A DNA stretch of 64,000 bases, from positions 952,004 through 1,016,003 of the forward strand of contig MU006096.1 of the NCBI GenBank assembly GCA_010093705.1. Reading direction: 5' to 3'. Shown here piece by piece: positions 11,591 through 23,015 of this stretch (the first letter of the stretch is position 1; each line of letters opens with the position of its first letter). Below the pieces are notes generated by a model that had not been told where the DNA came from, searched no databases, and saw only the letters and a program-made list of their open reading frames with translations. Made by a program: the position numbers and the translations under genes. This DNA is from Patellaria atrata CBS 101060. Taxonomy: Eukaryota.

Positions 11591-12724
11591 TTACTTGTTC
11601 CCCTTCTTCCTCTTTTTCCGTTTCATATTTCTCTTCGCATTTTTCCCCCTCACGGCTGCTGATTGCTCTCCCTTCTCCTCGCCTTCTTCCTCGTCCTCAT
11701 CACCCTCGTCATCCTCCCCATCGACGCTATCAACGGCCCGCCCAACAACAGGTCTCGGTCCCGCCCGCCCGTACCTCTTAGACACCTCCCTCTCAAAACC
11801 ATCTTTCTCCCGCCTGAAGAGTAACATCGTCGCTCTCGCATCCTCAAGACTACTATGCTCGCCCCCCTGAATCTCAACACCGAGCAGCTCTTTTGCGAGC
11901 CGCTTCAACGCCGGCGTCCGCCCTCGACTTAACTTGCGGAACTCTGCGTACCGTGAAGTGTCTCTAATATCCCTCGGGGGGTGCTTCAGCTGCAAGGCCT
12001 CAAGATCGTTCTTTATGGCATGACCAACCAGGATACGGTTCTCTAGCAATGCTTCCACGTCGCGCCGAACAGACTTAAAGGGCCGTGCTGCTTTAAGGAG
12101 CTCCTCTGTGATTCCCGAGACGTGCGTACGGTAGTCAGTAACCCGTATTGTGGGCGCAACATACGAGTCGTAGATTTGCACGCCGTGGTAGTTGACCAAG
12201 GAGACACGCGCGAGTTGGGAGTCGGTGCTTGGGGGCGGCCCGGTGCCCACCATTTCGCAGTCCAGCGCAACGTATTTGCCTATCTGGACGGTGGTGTTAA
12301 GACCGCTATTGGGGACTTCAGGAGGTGCGGTGGAGGTAGGGATAGAGATGCTGGTTGGAGGGATAGAATACGCCGCTGCGACATCTGCAGGATTGAGGTC
12401 GTGATCTTCAGCGAAGAGGGCAAGGGTTGCGGAGGGGGGTTGCTGGGAGGTAGTGATAGAGGCTGAGGGAGTTCTCAAGGGTTTAGAGCTAAGGATGCCC
12501 ATTTTGCGGGGTTTAGAAGTGGGTATCGAGGGCTTAGGTGTGAGTCTGGGTCTTTTTAAACCATTATGTGTCGTCTTAGGGGGTAATTGCCCGTTTGATT
12601 GTTTACGTTTGAGAGGAATCGAGGTGCCGTGGGTGATGGGCTTGGAGGAGGTTTCGAGGGTTTTGGAGGACTTGAGGGACTTTTGGAGCCTTTTCCAGTT
12701 GCTGGAGAGGTTTTGAAGATCCAT
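11591..12724 (-). CDS. REX4: RNA exonuclease 4 (DEDDh)
   Basis: MDLQNLSSNWKRLQ, YVALDCEMVG, LVGHAIKNDL, HSSLEDARATM. Confidence 0.92.
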   Translation of the reverse strand: MDLQNLSSNWKRLQKSLKSSKTLETSSKPITHGTSIPLKRKQSNGQLPPKTTHNGLKRPRLTPKPSIPTSKPRKMGILSSKPLRTPSASITTSQQPPSATLALFAEDHDLNPADVAAAYSIPPTSISIPTSTAPPEVPNSGLNTTVQIGKYVALDCEMVGTGPPPSTDSQLARVSLVNYHGVQIYDSYVAPTIRVTDYRTHVSGITEELLKAARPFKSVRRDVEALLENRILVGHAIKNDLEALQLKHPPRDIRDTSRYAEFRKLSRGRTPALKRLAKELLGVEIQGGEHSSLEDARATMLLFRREKDGFEREVSKRYGRAGPRPVVGRAVDSVDGEDDEGDEDEEEGEEKGEQSAAVRGKNAKRNMKRKKRKKGNK

Positions 12725-13012
12725 TGGGCACTGTTATCGCATTTTTAGGTCTAAGAATGAGCGTGGGTGTATCTAACCCCGAAGTTTATGAATATATTCA
12801 ACATTGTTAAGGTGGTGCAGAAAAAGTTCAAGACAATGAACAGTATCTAGAGGCCCGTGCACACCCGCCTAACAGCGGCATGTGTCAAGCGCTCCCAGCC
12901 GGATTTCATTTACACGGTCGCAAAGGCATCAAAGCTACAGAAGTCAAAGCGATACAATAATTCAAAACCATCTCTTTTCATCTCATAACTCTGACAGTAG
13001 GTAGCGCTCGTC

Positions 13013-14866
13013 ATGGCGCCTCGAGACTCTTCACATGAGCCGAATGGCACCCCGGATCCAGTCGAAAAGGGCTTTGCCACTTTGAATACTTTGAGGTAGA
13101 GTATACCACTTCCAAGGTAGACAGAAATGCGTAGATAGCTAATAATGTCATAGAGTGGGAGTAAAAGCGTTCGTTGAGAAAGTAAGTTATCTCGTCTATC
13201 TTCCTTTGGAGGACCATTCCGCATATAGCACCCCTATATATGCACTTTTACACTATGTGTGAATATGATGCTCTCTATAATCACCAAATTCTCTCTATCA
13301 TACTATGCACTTGTCTAATACTTTGGCCCCTGTTCTAACATTTCTGGAGGACGGAGAAAAGCGTAAAGCAGAAATCTTGTCTATACAGACTCGGAAGGGA
13401 GACCTTACATTTTAGTAAGATACCGTGCTACTATTTATATAGGAGGAATCTGACAATATTAGTGTGCACTACGAAGAGTTCAACAAGCGTCTCGATGGTA
13501 GGTCGAAGTCCGTTTTCTGTTCTCCTAAACTAAAGAAAGACTAGAATGGATCAACGCCGATAGAATCGATCTGTCTCAGGAGGTGGAATGGCCAGCTCCT
13601 GAGAAACCAGAAAAGAAGAAAGCCAGCGCGCCCCAGACTAAGGCTGCTCAAGTGTCGAAAGCTGAGCAAGCATACAAGAAGAATCCTAAGAGACAGCGCT
13701 CGAAACTGGACCGTGAGCTTTCTATGACCCCTGATGTCCTCTCCGGCACCAATGCCCAAGGCAAAGCTTCGCGTCCAACCCGAGCCGGCGGGAAAGAGAA
13801 CCGTGACCAAGTCAGTGTGATGGCCCCTGAGATCGTAGACGGCACACCCAAAGCAGAAGACGACGAAATGGACCTAGTGGACCTGCAGGACGCAGCAGCG
13901 GCTGCTAAAGCTGTACCGCCTGAGGTCTACTCTCGGGAAGAGGAGATTGAGAAACTCCGCACTCAAGGGTCGATGACCCAGAACCAAACCGAGATCTCGC
14001 GCGTGCGAAATCTCAACCGGATTCAAATGGGCGAGCACGAGATCGAGCCGTGGTATTTCTCCCCTTACCCCATCGAGTTCGCGCAGGATAGCGACATGGT
14101 CTATATCTGCGAGTTCTGCCTCAGCTACTTCGGCGAGCTGAAGCAGTTCGAGCGGCACAGGACTAAGTGCACGCTGATGCACCCGCCCGGCAACGAGATC
14201 TACCGCGACGACTATGTTAGTTTCTTCGAGATCGATGGACGTAGGCAGAGGACGTGGTGTCGTAATCTCTGTCTCCTTTCGAAATTGTTCTTGGATCACA
14301 AGACCCTGTTCTATGATGTCGACCCCTTTCTTTTCTACTGCATGACCACCCGCGACGAACACGGTTGCCACCTCGTCGGCTACTTCTCCAAAGAGAAAGA
14401 GTCCGCGGAGGGGTATAACGTCGCGTGTATCCTGACGCTGCCGCAGTATCAGCGGAAGGGCTTCGGTCGCCTCCTCATCGCGTTCTCGTACGAGCTTTCA
14501 AAGCGCGAAGGCAAGTTAGGCAGTCCTGAGAAGCCCCTTAGTGATCTGGGGTTGCTGGGTTATCGCGCGTACTGGCAAGAGACACTGGTGGAGCTTCTCA
14601 TGGATGGTAGGGCGGAGGCGAATATCGAAGAGCTTGGCTCACTGAGCGCCATGACGACGAATGATGTGCTGCATACGTTGCAGAATTTGAATATGTTGAG
14701 GTATTCGAAGAACAATCATGTTATCGTGCTGACGGACGAGGTTGTGGCGGCGAGAGAGAAACAGTTGGCAAAGGAGAAGGTGAAGGGGAAGAGGACGATT
14801 GATCCGGCAAGGTTGCAGTGGAAACCGCCTGTTTTTACTGCATCATCTAGGACGTGGAATTGGTGA
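13013..14866 (+). CDS. ESA1: MYST histone acetyltransferase Esa1/Tip60 (5 exons)
   Basis: Spliced chromo-barrel N-terminus (MAPRDS...KAEILSIQ...[16 protein letters not shown]), C2HC finger (YICEFCL...H..C), QYQRKGFG acetyl-CoA motif, [11 protein letters not shown]. Confidence 0.95.
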
Positions 14867-15076
14867 TTTTCTGGGAGGTTTTCCCGAGAGACTGGCGTTT
14901 GGGGAGCTATGGGAAGAGCGGATCTCTGATTAAATATAAGATACCCTTGGTAGGATGATTTACGAATATTTATGCTTGATTTGGATTGAATAAGTACTTC
15001 ATCAGTGAAGAAGCTTATAGCGCACCGCCATGTCGCAACTTTAAGCAGAGATATCTCTCCTAATCGTTCTGATACT

Positions 15077-16108
15077 TCAGAAGATTTTACTCAACACCCT
15101 CTTCACATCATCCGGATGATCTCCATTCGCAGTATCCCTCGGTGTCTTCCGCATAACAGCATTCTGTCTAAAATGCATGAACTCTGTCTTCCCCCCGTCC
15201 TCCTCCACCAACTCCACCCCACCACCCTCCTTCTCCCTCCTCGCCCTCTTCTTCCTCTCTTTCGTCTCCACAACCTTCCCCCTCTCCACATTCCGGACAA
15301 ACTCCCTATCCTCCCTCCTCGCCCTCGATACCTCCGCCCTCATCCTCGCGGCCCTCTCCGCGTTCTCATTCGCAATCTGCTCCGTCAAATGCCGCCACTT
15401 GAAGCCCTTCAGGTACTTCATATTCCACACATCGTCATAGTAGTACCCGCCCTTCTTGCCGCCGATGGGCTGGGCGTTGAGCGTCGCGGCGCAGGCTTTG
15501 GCGTCGCGTTTGCTGACGAATTCGACCCAGCCGTCGAGGTAAAGAGTCTTTTTGTTGCCGCCGCGCGAGGTGCGCTGGCGGTGCGATATGGCGGGTTCCG
15601 GGGTCAGGAAGATGCGGTTTAGGGCGCCGTGGGGGGTGAGGAGGGTCCGGAGGGTGGTTGGTTTCATGAAGGGCGGGATGCGTGAGAGGTAGATTACCCC
15701 GGAGCGGTGTTTGGATTTCTTGGTGGCGGATTGTTTCTTTGATGTGGAGAGAGCATCGTCGGCGCCGTTGTCGTCGTGTTCGGGGGCTTCTGGTTCTGGG
15801 GAGAGCGATTCGGGGGGGAAATGTGCGAAGCGGAGATCGCTGGTTTGAGGTTTCTTCGTCGTGCGTTGGGATTTCGATTTCGACTTTGCTTTGGTCCCAG
15901 GCTTGATTATATCGTCTTGACCGTCAACTTGCTCTCCTGAGTCGGATAACGCGTCAGAGTCGTCCCCGCTTTCGGTTTTTTGTCTCTTGGGTGCTCGTCC
16001 TGCTAGAGCTGTACCTCTGCTCTCTTCGGCGGCTTCTGAGTCGTAGCCTTGATCCTCATCCTCACTAGACTCGGCCTCGAGAAACTCATTTCTCTTCCTG
16101 GTCACCAT
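15077..16108 (-). CDS. ESF2: Pre-rRNA processing protein Esf2/ABT1
   Basis: GVIYLSRIPPFMKP, GWVEF, IGGKKGGYYYDDVWNMKYLKGFKWRHLTEQIA. Confidence 0.93.
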   Translation of the reverse strand: MVTRKRNEFLEAESSEDEDQGYDSEAAEESRGTALAGRAPKRQKTESGDDSDALSDSGEQVDGQDDIIKPGTKAKSKSKSQRTTKKPQTSDLRFAHFPPESLSPEPEAPEHDDNGADDALSTSKKQSATKKSKHRSGVIYLSRIPPFMKPTTLRTLLTPHGALNRIFLTPEPAISHRQRTSRGGNKKTLYLDGWVEFVSKRDAKACAATLNAQPIGGKKGGYYYDDVWNMKYLKGFKWRHLTEQIANENAERAARMRAEVSRARREDREFVRNVERGKVVETKERKKRARREKEGGGVELVEEDGGKTEFMHFRQNAVMRKTPRDTANGDHPDDVKRVLSKIF

Positions 16109-16806
16109 ATCGAATTGTTGTTAGAGACGTTATGTGCAACTGCGCGGTAGAAGAAAATAATGCGGGAGTGCCAAGATATTCATAAGTTGTGACAAGTGCT
16201 GGTGGTACGTGCAGCGTGTCTTCGGTTCCGTCCGTGCTTTTCACTTGTGTCACTGCAGAAAAACTGAACTTCAGCTACCTTATCCACATTTTTATATCGC
16301 ACACGAATCGACGAGATTTTTCCAGGAGAATTTCAATAACTGTAAGAACTTATTCTATTCATAAACGTTAAGCAAATGACCAAAAAAATTTTCGAGCTTT
16401 TTAAGAGAACCCCAGAACAACTTTCATGCCAAGACCTCGGACATGTGCTCAGCCCTACAAAGCAACAGTAACATCGTGCATCGACTAATCGTACATACAG
16501 TCACCGATAATTTTTCCTCTGGCAACTTTACTGGATCACAACATGTTTATGGCTTTCCAAGATAGACAAAATGATAAAGCGACCGCTATGTTTTGACTCT
16601 GTCGAATTAGTTGCTTCTGCCGAGCTTCAGCTGAAGTTTTGTGATACGAGTTGTCGGAATGAGTATTCCTATATAACTTCCCGCTGTCCCATTTCGACTC
16701 CCCATCTCAATTACCTAGACAGATCCTCACATAGATCAATCTTCTGTCATCCCCTATTCGCTTTCATCTGGTCTATATATCTTTTCCAATCATACAAAAT
16801 CTCAAA

Positions 16807-17911
16807 ATGTCATATCTCCGCTTTACAAAACCTGACCGCACATCTACTCCACTTCCATCTCATATCACTCGTATTTTCGTTCCTAGTCCAGATGGCCCTC
16901 TTGAGCTTCTTTCAGCACAATCGCCATCCTCCTATAACGGCCCTGCAAAGGCACCATTCTTCTTCGCCCATGGCGGCACAGGACATGCTTCGGTGTGGTT
17001 GGAATGGATGACATTCTTCTCGCAAAGACATAACATTCCCTGTTATGCCCTATCAATCCGTGGTCATGGCTTTAGCTGGTACCCAAGCTACATTCGGATG
17101 GTGTATTTCACATCGAAGAGAGCATTAGCCGATGATCTAGTGACGGGAATTAAGTATGCGCAACAGAAAGAGCAGAAGAAGACTGGAAAGCCGACGGATA
17201 TCGTTCTAGTCGGCCATTCTAGCGGCGGTGGTTTGTCGCAAATAGTCCTCAGCTCAAAGGACGTGCAAGCTAAGGGATTGGCGCTTGTCGCCAGCATCCC
17301 TTGTTATGGATCGTAGGTGAATATGGCCAGTATCGATTTAGTATGTTACTGAATTTTTCCCCAGCTTTGGTGTCTATTGGAGATGGTGGACGATGGATCC
17401 TTGGTTTGTAATGCGACAATGGATTCACTTCATGCATCCAAACTCACCACTATCCTCGCGACGATTAGTGAAACAAGCATTCTTCTGTGACGCATATCCA
17501 GATGAGCGAGTTGATGAGTTCGCAAAGGAAATGTCCTACTACGAGAGCTACCTCTGGCCTATCGGGATGATGTTCGGCAGTTTCGTGAATGTCAAGAACA
17601 TCCTACAACAAATTGTTGGATGGGGCATTGGGGAACGCGTTCTAATCCTTGCCGCAGAGAATGATAGATTGATGAGTGTCGAACAGATGCAGAGAGCGGC
17701 CGATACATATCGAACGGGAGTGACCGACCTTGTGGGGACGAAGAAACTTGAGACGAAAAGTGACGGGGTCTACGTTGATGAGAAAACTCTGGGGAGTGAA
17801 GGACAAGGGGTTCGGTTTGGACTCGTAAGAGGAGCTGGACATCATCTCCAGAATGACTTGCAGTGGGAAGATGGCGCGGAGAAGTTGTTGGAATTTTATA
17901 AGCAGTTGTAG
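16807..17911 (+). CDS. Alpha/beta-fold hydrolase (2 exons)
   Basis: FFAHGG oxyanion motif, GHSSGG nucleophile elbow, Asp in AENDRL, His in GAGHHL. Intron about 17313-17364. Confidence 0.85.
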
Positions 17912-18176
17912 CAAGCGGGGATAAAACAAACATTGAACATATGTATCAGTATTGTAACTAGCTTTCAAAATGATACACTCTGGGCTCTTTGATATCAAGT
18001 AGTTCTATTATTCACCATGCTCTTCAAACCGGACTTCCCAAATGTGGATGGCGGCAGAGGGTTGGTCGACCTCGGCCCGTGAGTCGTCACAATTCGAACT
18101 TCATCATCAGCAGCAAAAGTTGCGATAACAATGCTTCAGCCTCGATTGCATCCTCATAGAACTCCAGAAAACCATA

Positions 18177-19644
18177 ATGGAGTTCATGACCAACCTGCAA
18201 AATGGTTACGATGAGCTGAAGCCATCGCTCTTCGGTACAGCCACCCAAACTGCCATCCCATTACTGATCCTATACTCAACATAAGATTAAAGAACGTATT
18301 TGAGGATCCTTCTAATAGTTTATAGAACTCCTCTCCGAGCAGCAGCTCTCGTCTCTCCTACCTCCATCGCTCCGCTATCTACTAGCGGTCGCCACTCACC
18401 GTCGTCCTCGATATCTCCTCCCTATCCTCAATTCCTTCGACGAACTATACGCGCTCGTCTTCCTTCTACTCGAGCGCCACTACCTCAAAACCACTGGCGG
18501 CAGTTTTACAGAGAACTTCTATGGCCTTAAGCGCGAACGCGTCCTTCGCGTTAAAGGAGGTGAGGTTCCACGAGCCCAGCTCGGCGCGTCCAAGGAGGTC
18601 AGAGAAACCCTACAGGTGGGGAGGGGAGACATATGGCGGAACCTAGCCATCATGGTCGGGTTCCCATACCTAAAACGAAAGCTAGATGAAGGATGGGAAG
18701 TCCACGCACAACACGTAGGTGTGCTCGGTGGACGTCGAGAAGAAAGATTACCAGACAGACCATCTGTAAAACAACGGCTGCTCTTCTGGTATAAGTGGTT
18801 CCTGCGGAAAGTCTACCCCAGCATCAATGCTGCGTACTACTTCTCACTCCTCACTTTTAATCTCGCATATCTCTTCGATAACTCAAAATACCACCACCCC
18901 CTTCTCTGGCTCGTCGGAACCCGGATGCGCCGTCTCGGCGCCGCGGACCACAAAGCCATCGAAGCGGCATTGACGGCGCCTGTAATAACATCCAAAGGCG
19001 CAAAACCAGGCCAGGGAAACTCGATATTCAACCCCCGGACCGTCTATCACACCCTATACCCCCGCATGCTCTCCTCCCTGCGTCTCCTCCTCCCAACCTC
19101 CATCTTCGCCCTCAAGTTTCTAGAATGGTGGTACGCGTCCGACTTCGCGCGCCAGCTCTCTCGAAAAGCAACAGAAGGTCTCGCACTCCCCCCACCTGTC
19201 ATATCCGGGCTCTCGGGCGCGCCCGCCAGGCGTACTTCTACTAAACTTGCGTCTTCCTCTCAGTCAAAACAAATGTCATTCGAATCTAAGCATACCCACC
19301 AACAAGCCCGTAACCCACCTATTTCCTCGACCTCTCTCCTCCCCATCCTTACGGTTCCTGCACCTACAAATGCTACGTCTGCCCTCTGCCCCATCTGCGT
19401 CTCGCCTGTAGTGAATGCGACGGCTGCGCCTACGGGGTATGTGTACTGCTACGCGTGCATCCACAAGTGGGTTGAAGGCACGCATGAGCGGCAGACGGCG
19501 TTTATGGAAGGCGGGGGAGGGGAGGAAGGGTGGGACGAGGAAGGAAGTAGGGAGGGAAGGTGGGAGAGTGGGAAGGGGAGGTGTGCGGTTAGTGGGAGGA
19601 GGGTGCTTGGGGGGACGGAGGGGTTGAGGAGGGTGTTGGTTTAG
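18177..19644 (+). CDS. PEX12: Peroxin 12, RING peroxin (2 exons)
   Basis: MEFMTNLQNGYDELKPSLFELLSEQQL, GGSFTENFYGLKRER, IFALKFLEWWYASDF, degenerate RING CPIC...GYVYCYACI...GRCAVSG. Intron 18235-18325. Confidence 0.93.
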
Positions 19645-20259
19645 GGGTGGGTTGGATGTTTTTGGATGGTGGAATCGGTAGGTGTGGGTACGGCGTGTGG
19701 AGTAGTGTGGGGTAATATGTCTCCTTGGAAGAGGATATCCGGGAATGCTCTTCAGCTATCTGTGGTATCTGTGGTATTTTGGATTATTTGTACCGTTGCC
19801 TGGACACGTTTCTTGCTTGACTGTACGGTATTCCCTCATGGAATAGTAAAATGTGACTGGACTACTCGCTCTGACTGGACTGTACAAAATCATCGGTATA
19901 CCCGACGGTTATAACCTAAATCAACACCACGACAGCGCTATACAGAATAACGCGATGAGTTATACATCATAACATACGCATATACCCCATGATGTTTCAT
20001 GCTTATACAGATTACTCACACTGTACTGTCTCATGCGGAAGGAAAATGACTGAAAGCTATGCTCTCCCAGCAGATAATTGCCTTGAAATAAGGAATTCAT
20101 AATATAGCAGTCATAACTAAAACACCACAATCGAAGACAATACAGACAAATATAACACTCCTACAACCCCCTCCCCTCCTCAAACTAAATCACCAAAATA
20201 TATATATAAGCAAATCAAATTGAACCATCCCCTTACTACCTTACTCTACCCTTATCCCA

Positions 20260-23015
20260 CTACAAGCGACTCTCAACCTCCCACCCCCTCTCACCAGGCC
20301 AATCAGCATCCGGCCAAACCTTCCCCAACCCCTCCCAGATACTTCCCACATGAACAATCTCAAGACCATCTCTAACCTCCTGCGGCACCTCTCTCACCTC
20401 CTTCCTGTTCCCGGCTGGGAGCAGCACAGTCTTAACGCCCGCCCTCAACGCGCCGATCAATTTCTCCTTGATGCCACCCACGGGGGTAACCTTCCCGCGC
20501 AGCGACACTTCCCCCGTCATCGCGATGTGCGGCGGGACAGCCTTGCCCGCGAAGAGACTGACGAGGGCAACAGTGTGCGCGAGACCGGCGGAGGGTCCGT
20601 CCTTGGGGATCGCGCCGGAGGGACAGTGCACGTGGACGTCGCGCCGCTTCATGATGTCCTCGCTCGGGTCAGCCGTGAGGCCGAGGTCGAAGGCATGAGC
20701 TTTGACCCACGTGAGAGCCACCTCGACGGACTCCTTGAGGACGTCGCCGAGTTTGCCGGTCAGCTGGACGCGGCCGCCGCCCGGGACGTCGGCGACCTCG
20801 ATGAAGAGGATGCTGCCGGTGCCGCCGGTGGAGTAGGCGACTAGGCCTGTGACGACGCCGGGACGGGCGACTTGCTCGGCGATTTCGTCGTCGAAGCGCT
20901 CGATGCCGAGAATGGTGTCAAGGTCTGCGACGCTGACGGAAGGGTTGTAGGACTTGAGGCTTTCGGAGTCTTTGGCGTCGGCGTATTCGACCGCTTTGGA
21001 GCGGCAGACGGCGCCGAGTTCACGTTCTAGGTTGCGGACGCCGGATTCGCGGGTGTAGCTCCCTATTATTTTATCTAGGACATCTTCTGGGAGGACGATA
21101 TGTTCTTGTTTAAGCCCATTGGAGGTTATCTGCTTGGGTAGAAGGTGGTGGGTAGCAATGTGTCGTTTCTCAAGGGTTGTGTAGCCGGAGAGCTGAATTG
21201 TCTCCATTCTATCAAGCAGGGCTGGTGGGATGGTGTCGAGGCTATTAGCAGTGGCGATGAAAAGCACTTTACTGAGGTCGATTGGGATATTAACATAGTG
21301 ATCCGTAAATGTGTGATTTTGCTCCGGGTCGAGCACCTCCAACATTGCTGCGGACGGATCACCGTGGAAGTTTGAGCCGCCGACTTTGTCTATTTCGTCG
21401 AGAAGGAAGACGGGATTGCAGACGCCGACTTTCTTAAGACCTTGAACGATGAGGCCGGGCATGGCGGCAACGTAGGTGCGGCGGTGACCCCTGATTTCTG
21501 CTTCGTCCCGGACACCTCCCAGGGAGATGCGGTGAAATTTGCGTCCCAGTGCCGTTGCGACGGATTTGGCGAGAGAGGTCTTGCCGGTTCCTGGTGGGCC
21601 AACTAGGAGGAGGATTGGTGACTTATCGATCATACGTTTCGTTCGGGTTGCTTGTAGTTGAGATTTGTCGTCAGTGCTGTGCTTGATTTGAGACTCCAAG
21701 TCGGCGTTAACAGCTTGTTTCAGCTTGAGGACCGCCAGATACTCAAGAAGTCGCTTCTTAATTTTCTCTAAGCCATAATGATCATCATCTAGTTGTTGTC
21801 TCGCTCGTTTCAGGGTATCCGCGCCCAAGTGATCGTTCGTAGTCTGCGTCCACGGTATCTCTGCCAGGTTTTCTAGATATGTGCGGCACACTTGGTATTC
21901 AGCTTGCGCTGGGTTCATCTTGTGTAGTCGAGCCAGTTCCCGTTGTGCAACCTTTTGAGCATCTGGACTCAATCCAGCATCGTCTAGCCTCTTCTTGAGC
22001 TCGTCCAGCTCATTGCCTTCTTCTTCGCCACCTTGCGATCCTCCACCGGGGAAACCTCCTCCAAACCCTGGCGGAAGTACTCCTCCTCTTCGAGCTGCTT
22101 GATCTGCGCGCAATTTCAATAGCCTTTCTATGTCAAATCCGCTCGACGCGGGTGTTGTCGTTGTGGTAACGGTTAATATTCGTCCATTCTTCTGCAGAGC
22201 CCTTATTTCTCGTTGTAGCATCTCTGTTAGGCGCTCCATACGATCTTGTACAGATAACGCTGAAAGTATACGCAGCTTCTCCTCTGGGCTTGCATCTATT
22301 ATATGTGCAAGGAAGTCTGTTAAGCTCCCGGCGTCTTCGATATTCTTTTGGGCAATATATACTTCTAATCTTCTCGCAGTGATAGGAGATATGGCTGGTG
22401 TGGATGCTCGAGGTAATAGTGATGATAATCGTACGAGGGCTAGTAGCTCTCGCGATAGTTGTTTTAAGTCCGCGAATAGTTGTACGATCTCCGTGTTGGT
22501 GATATCCACGTCTATTGGGTGTTAAATCATATTTCGTAAAATAGAGGTGAAATGAACGTACCAGCATCCTCATGGTGTACTACCTCGGCTTCGAAATATG
22601 GTCGTTCCTGGATAACCTTATCGACTTGAAACCTACTGATGCCCTCGACTACTAACGACATCTCTCCTGGTCTTCTTCCCTGAACGCCAGACACTTTGGC
22701 AACTGTACCATACTGGAAGAGATCCTTGGCCGTAGCGGACATAGGATCAGTTTCATACTTAGCTGCTTTCGAGCCCTTTGTTCCGTCTAGCAGCAGTTTA
22801 CCATCAGGACTTAGGTATGAGGAGTTTAGAGGGACGCATCCTATGGTGATGGGCGCGTCTGGTTTCGGTTTTACAGCATGGCTGTAGATATTCGCAAGTA
22901 TCGCCGCGACATCACTGCGGTTGAGTATGGAAATGCGGAGAGTGGTGCCCGGGAGGAGTACGGCGCCTTGAGAGAGGGGGATAATGGGTAATACTCTTGA
23001 CTTTACTTTGACCAT
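20260..23015 (-). CDS. LONP2: Peroxisomal Lon protease (LONP2/Pln type; 2 exons)
   Basis: Lon N domain, Walker [10 protein letters not shown], Walker B LLDEIDK, catalytic PKDGPSAG and a C-terminal PTS1 -SRL. Confidence 0.93.

Noticed and set aside
15005..15622. Long antisense ORFs (this one and 13874-14371, 20350-20844, 48115-48639, 56462-56929 and others)
   Set aside because: Shadows of well-supported genes on the opposite strand, expected in GC-rich coding DNA.
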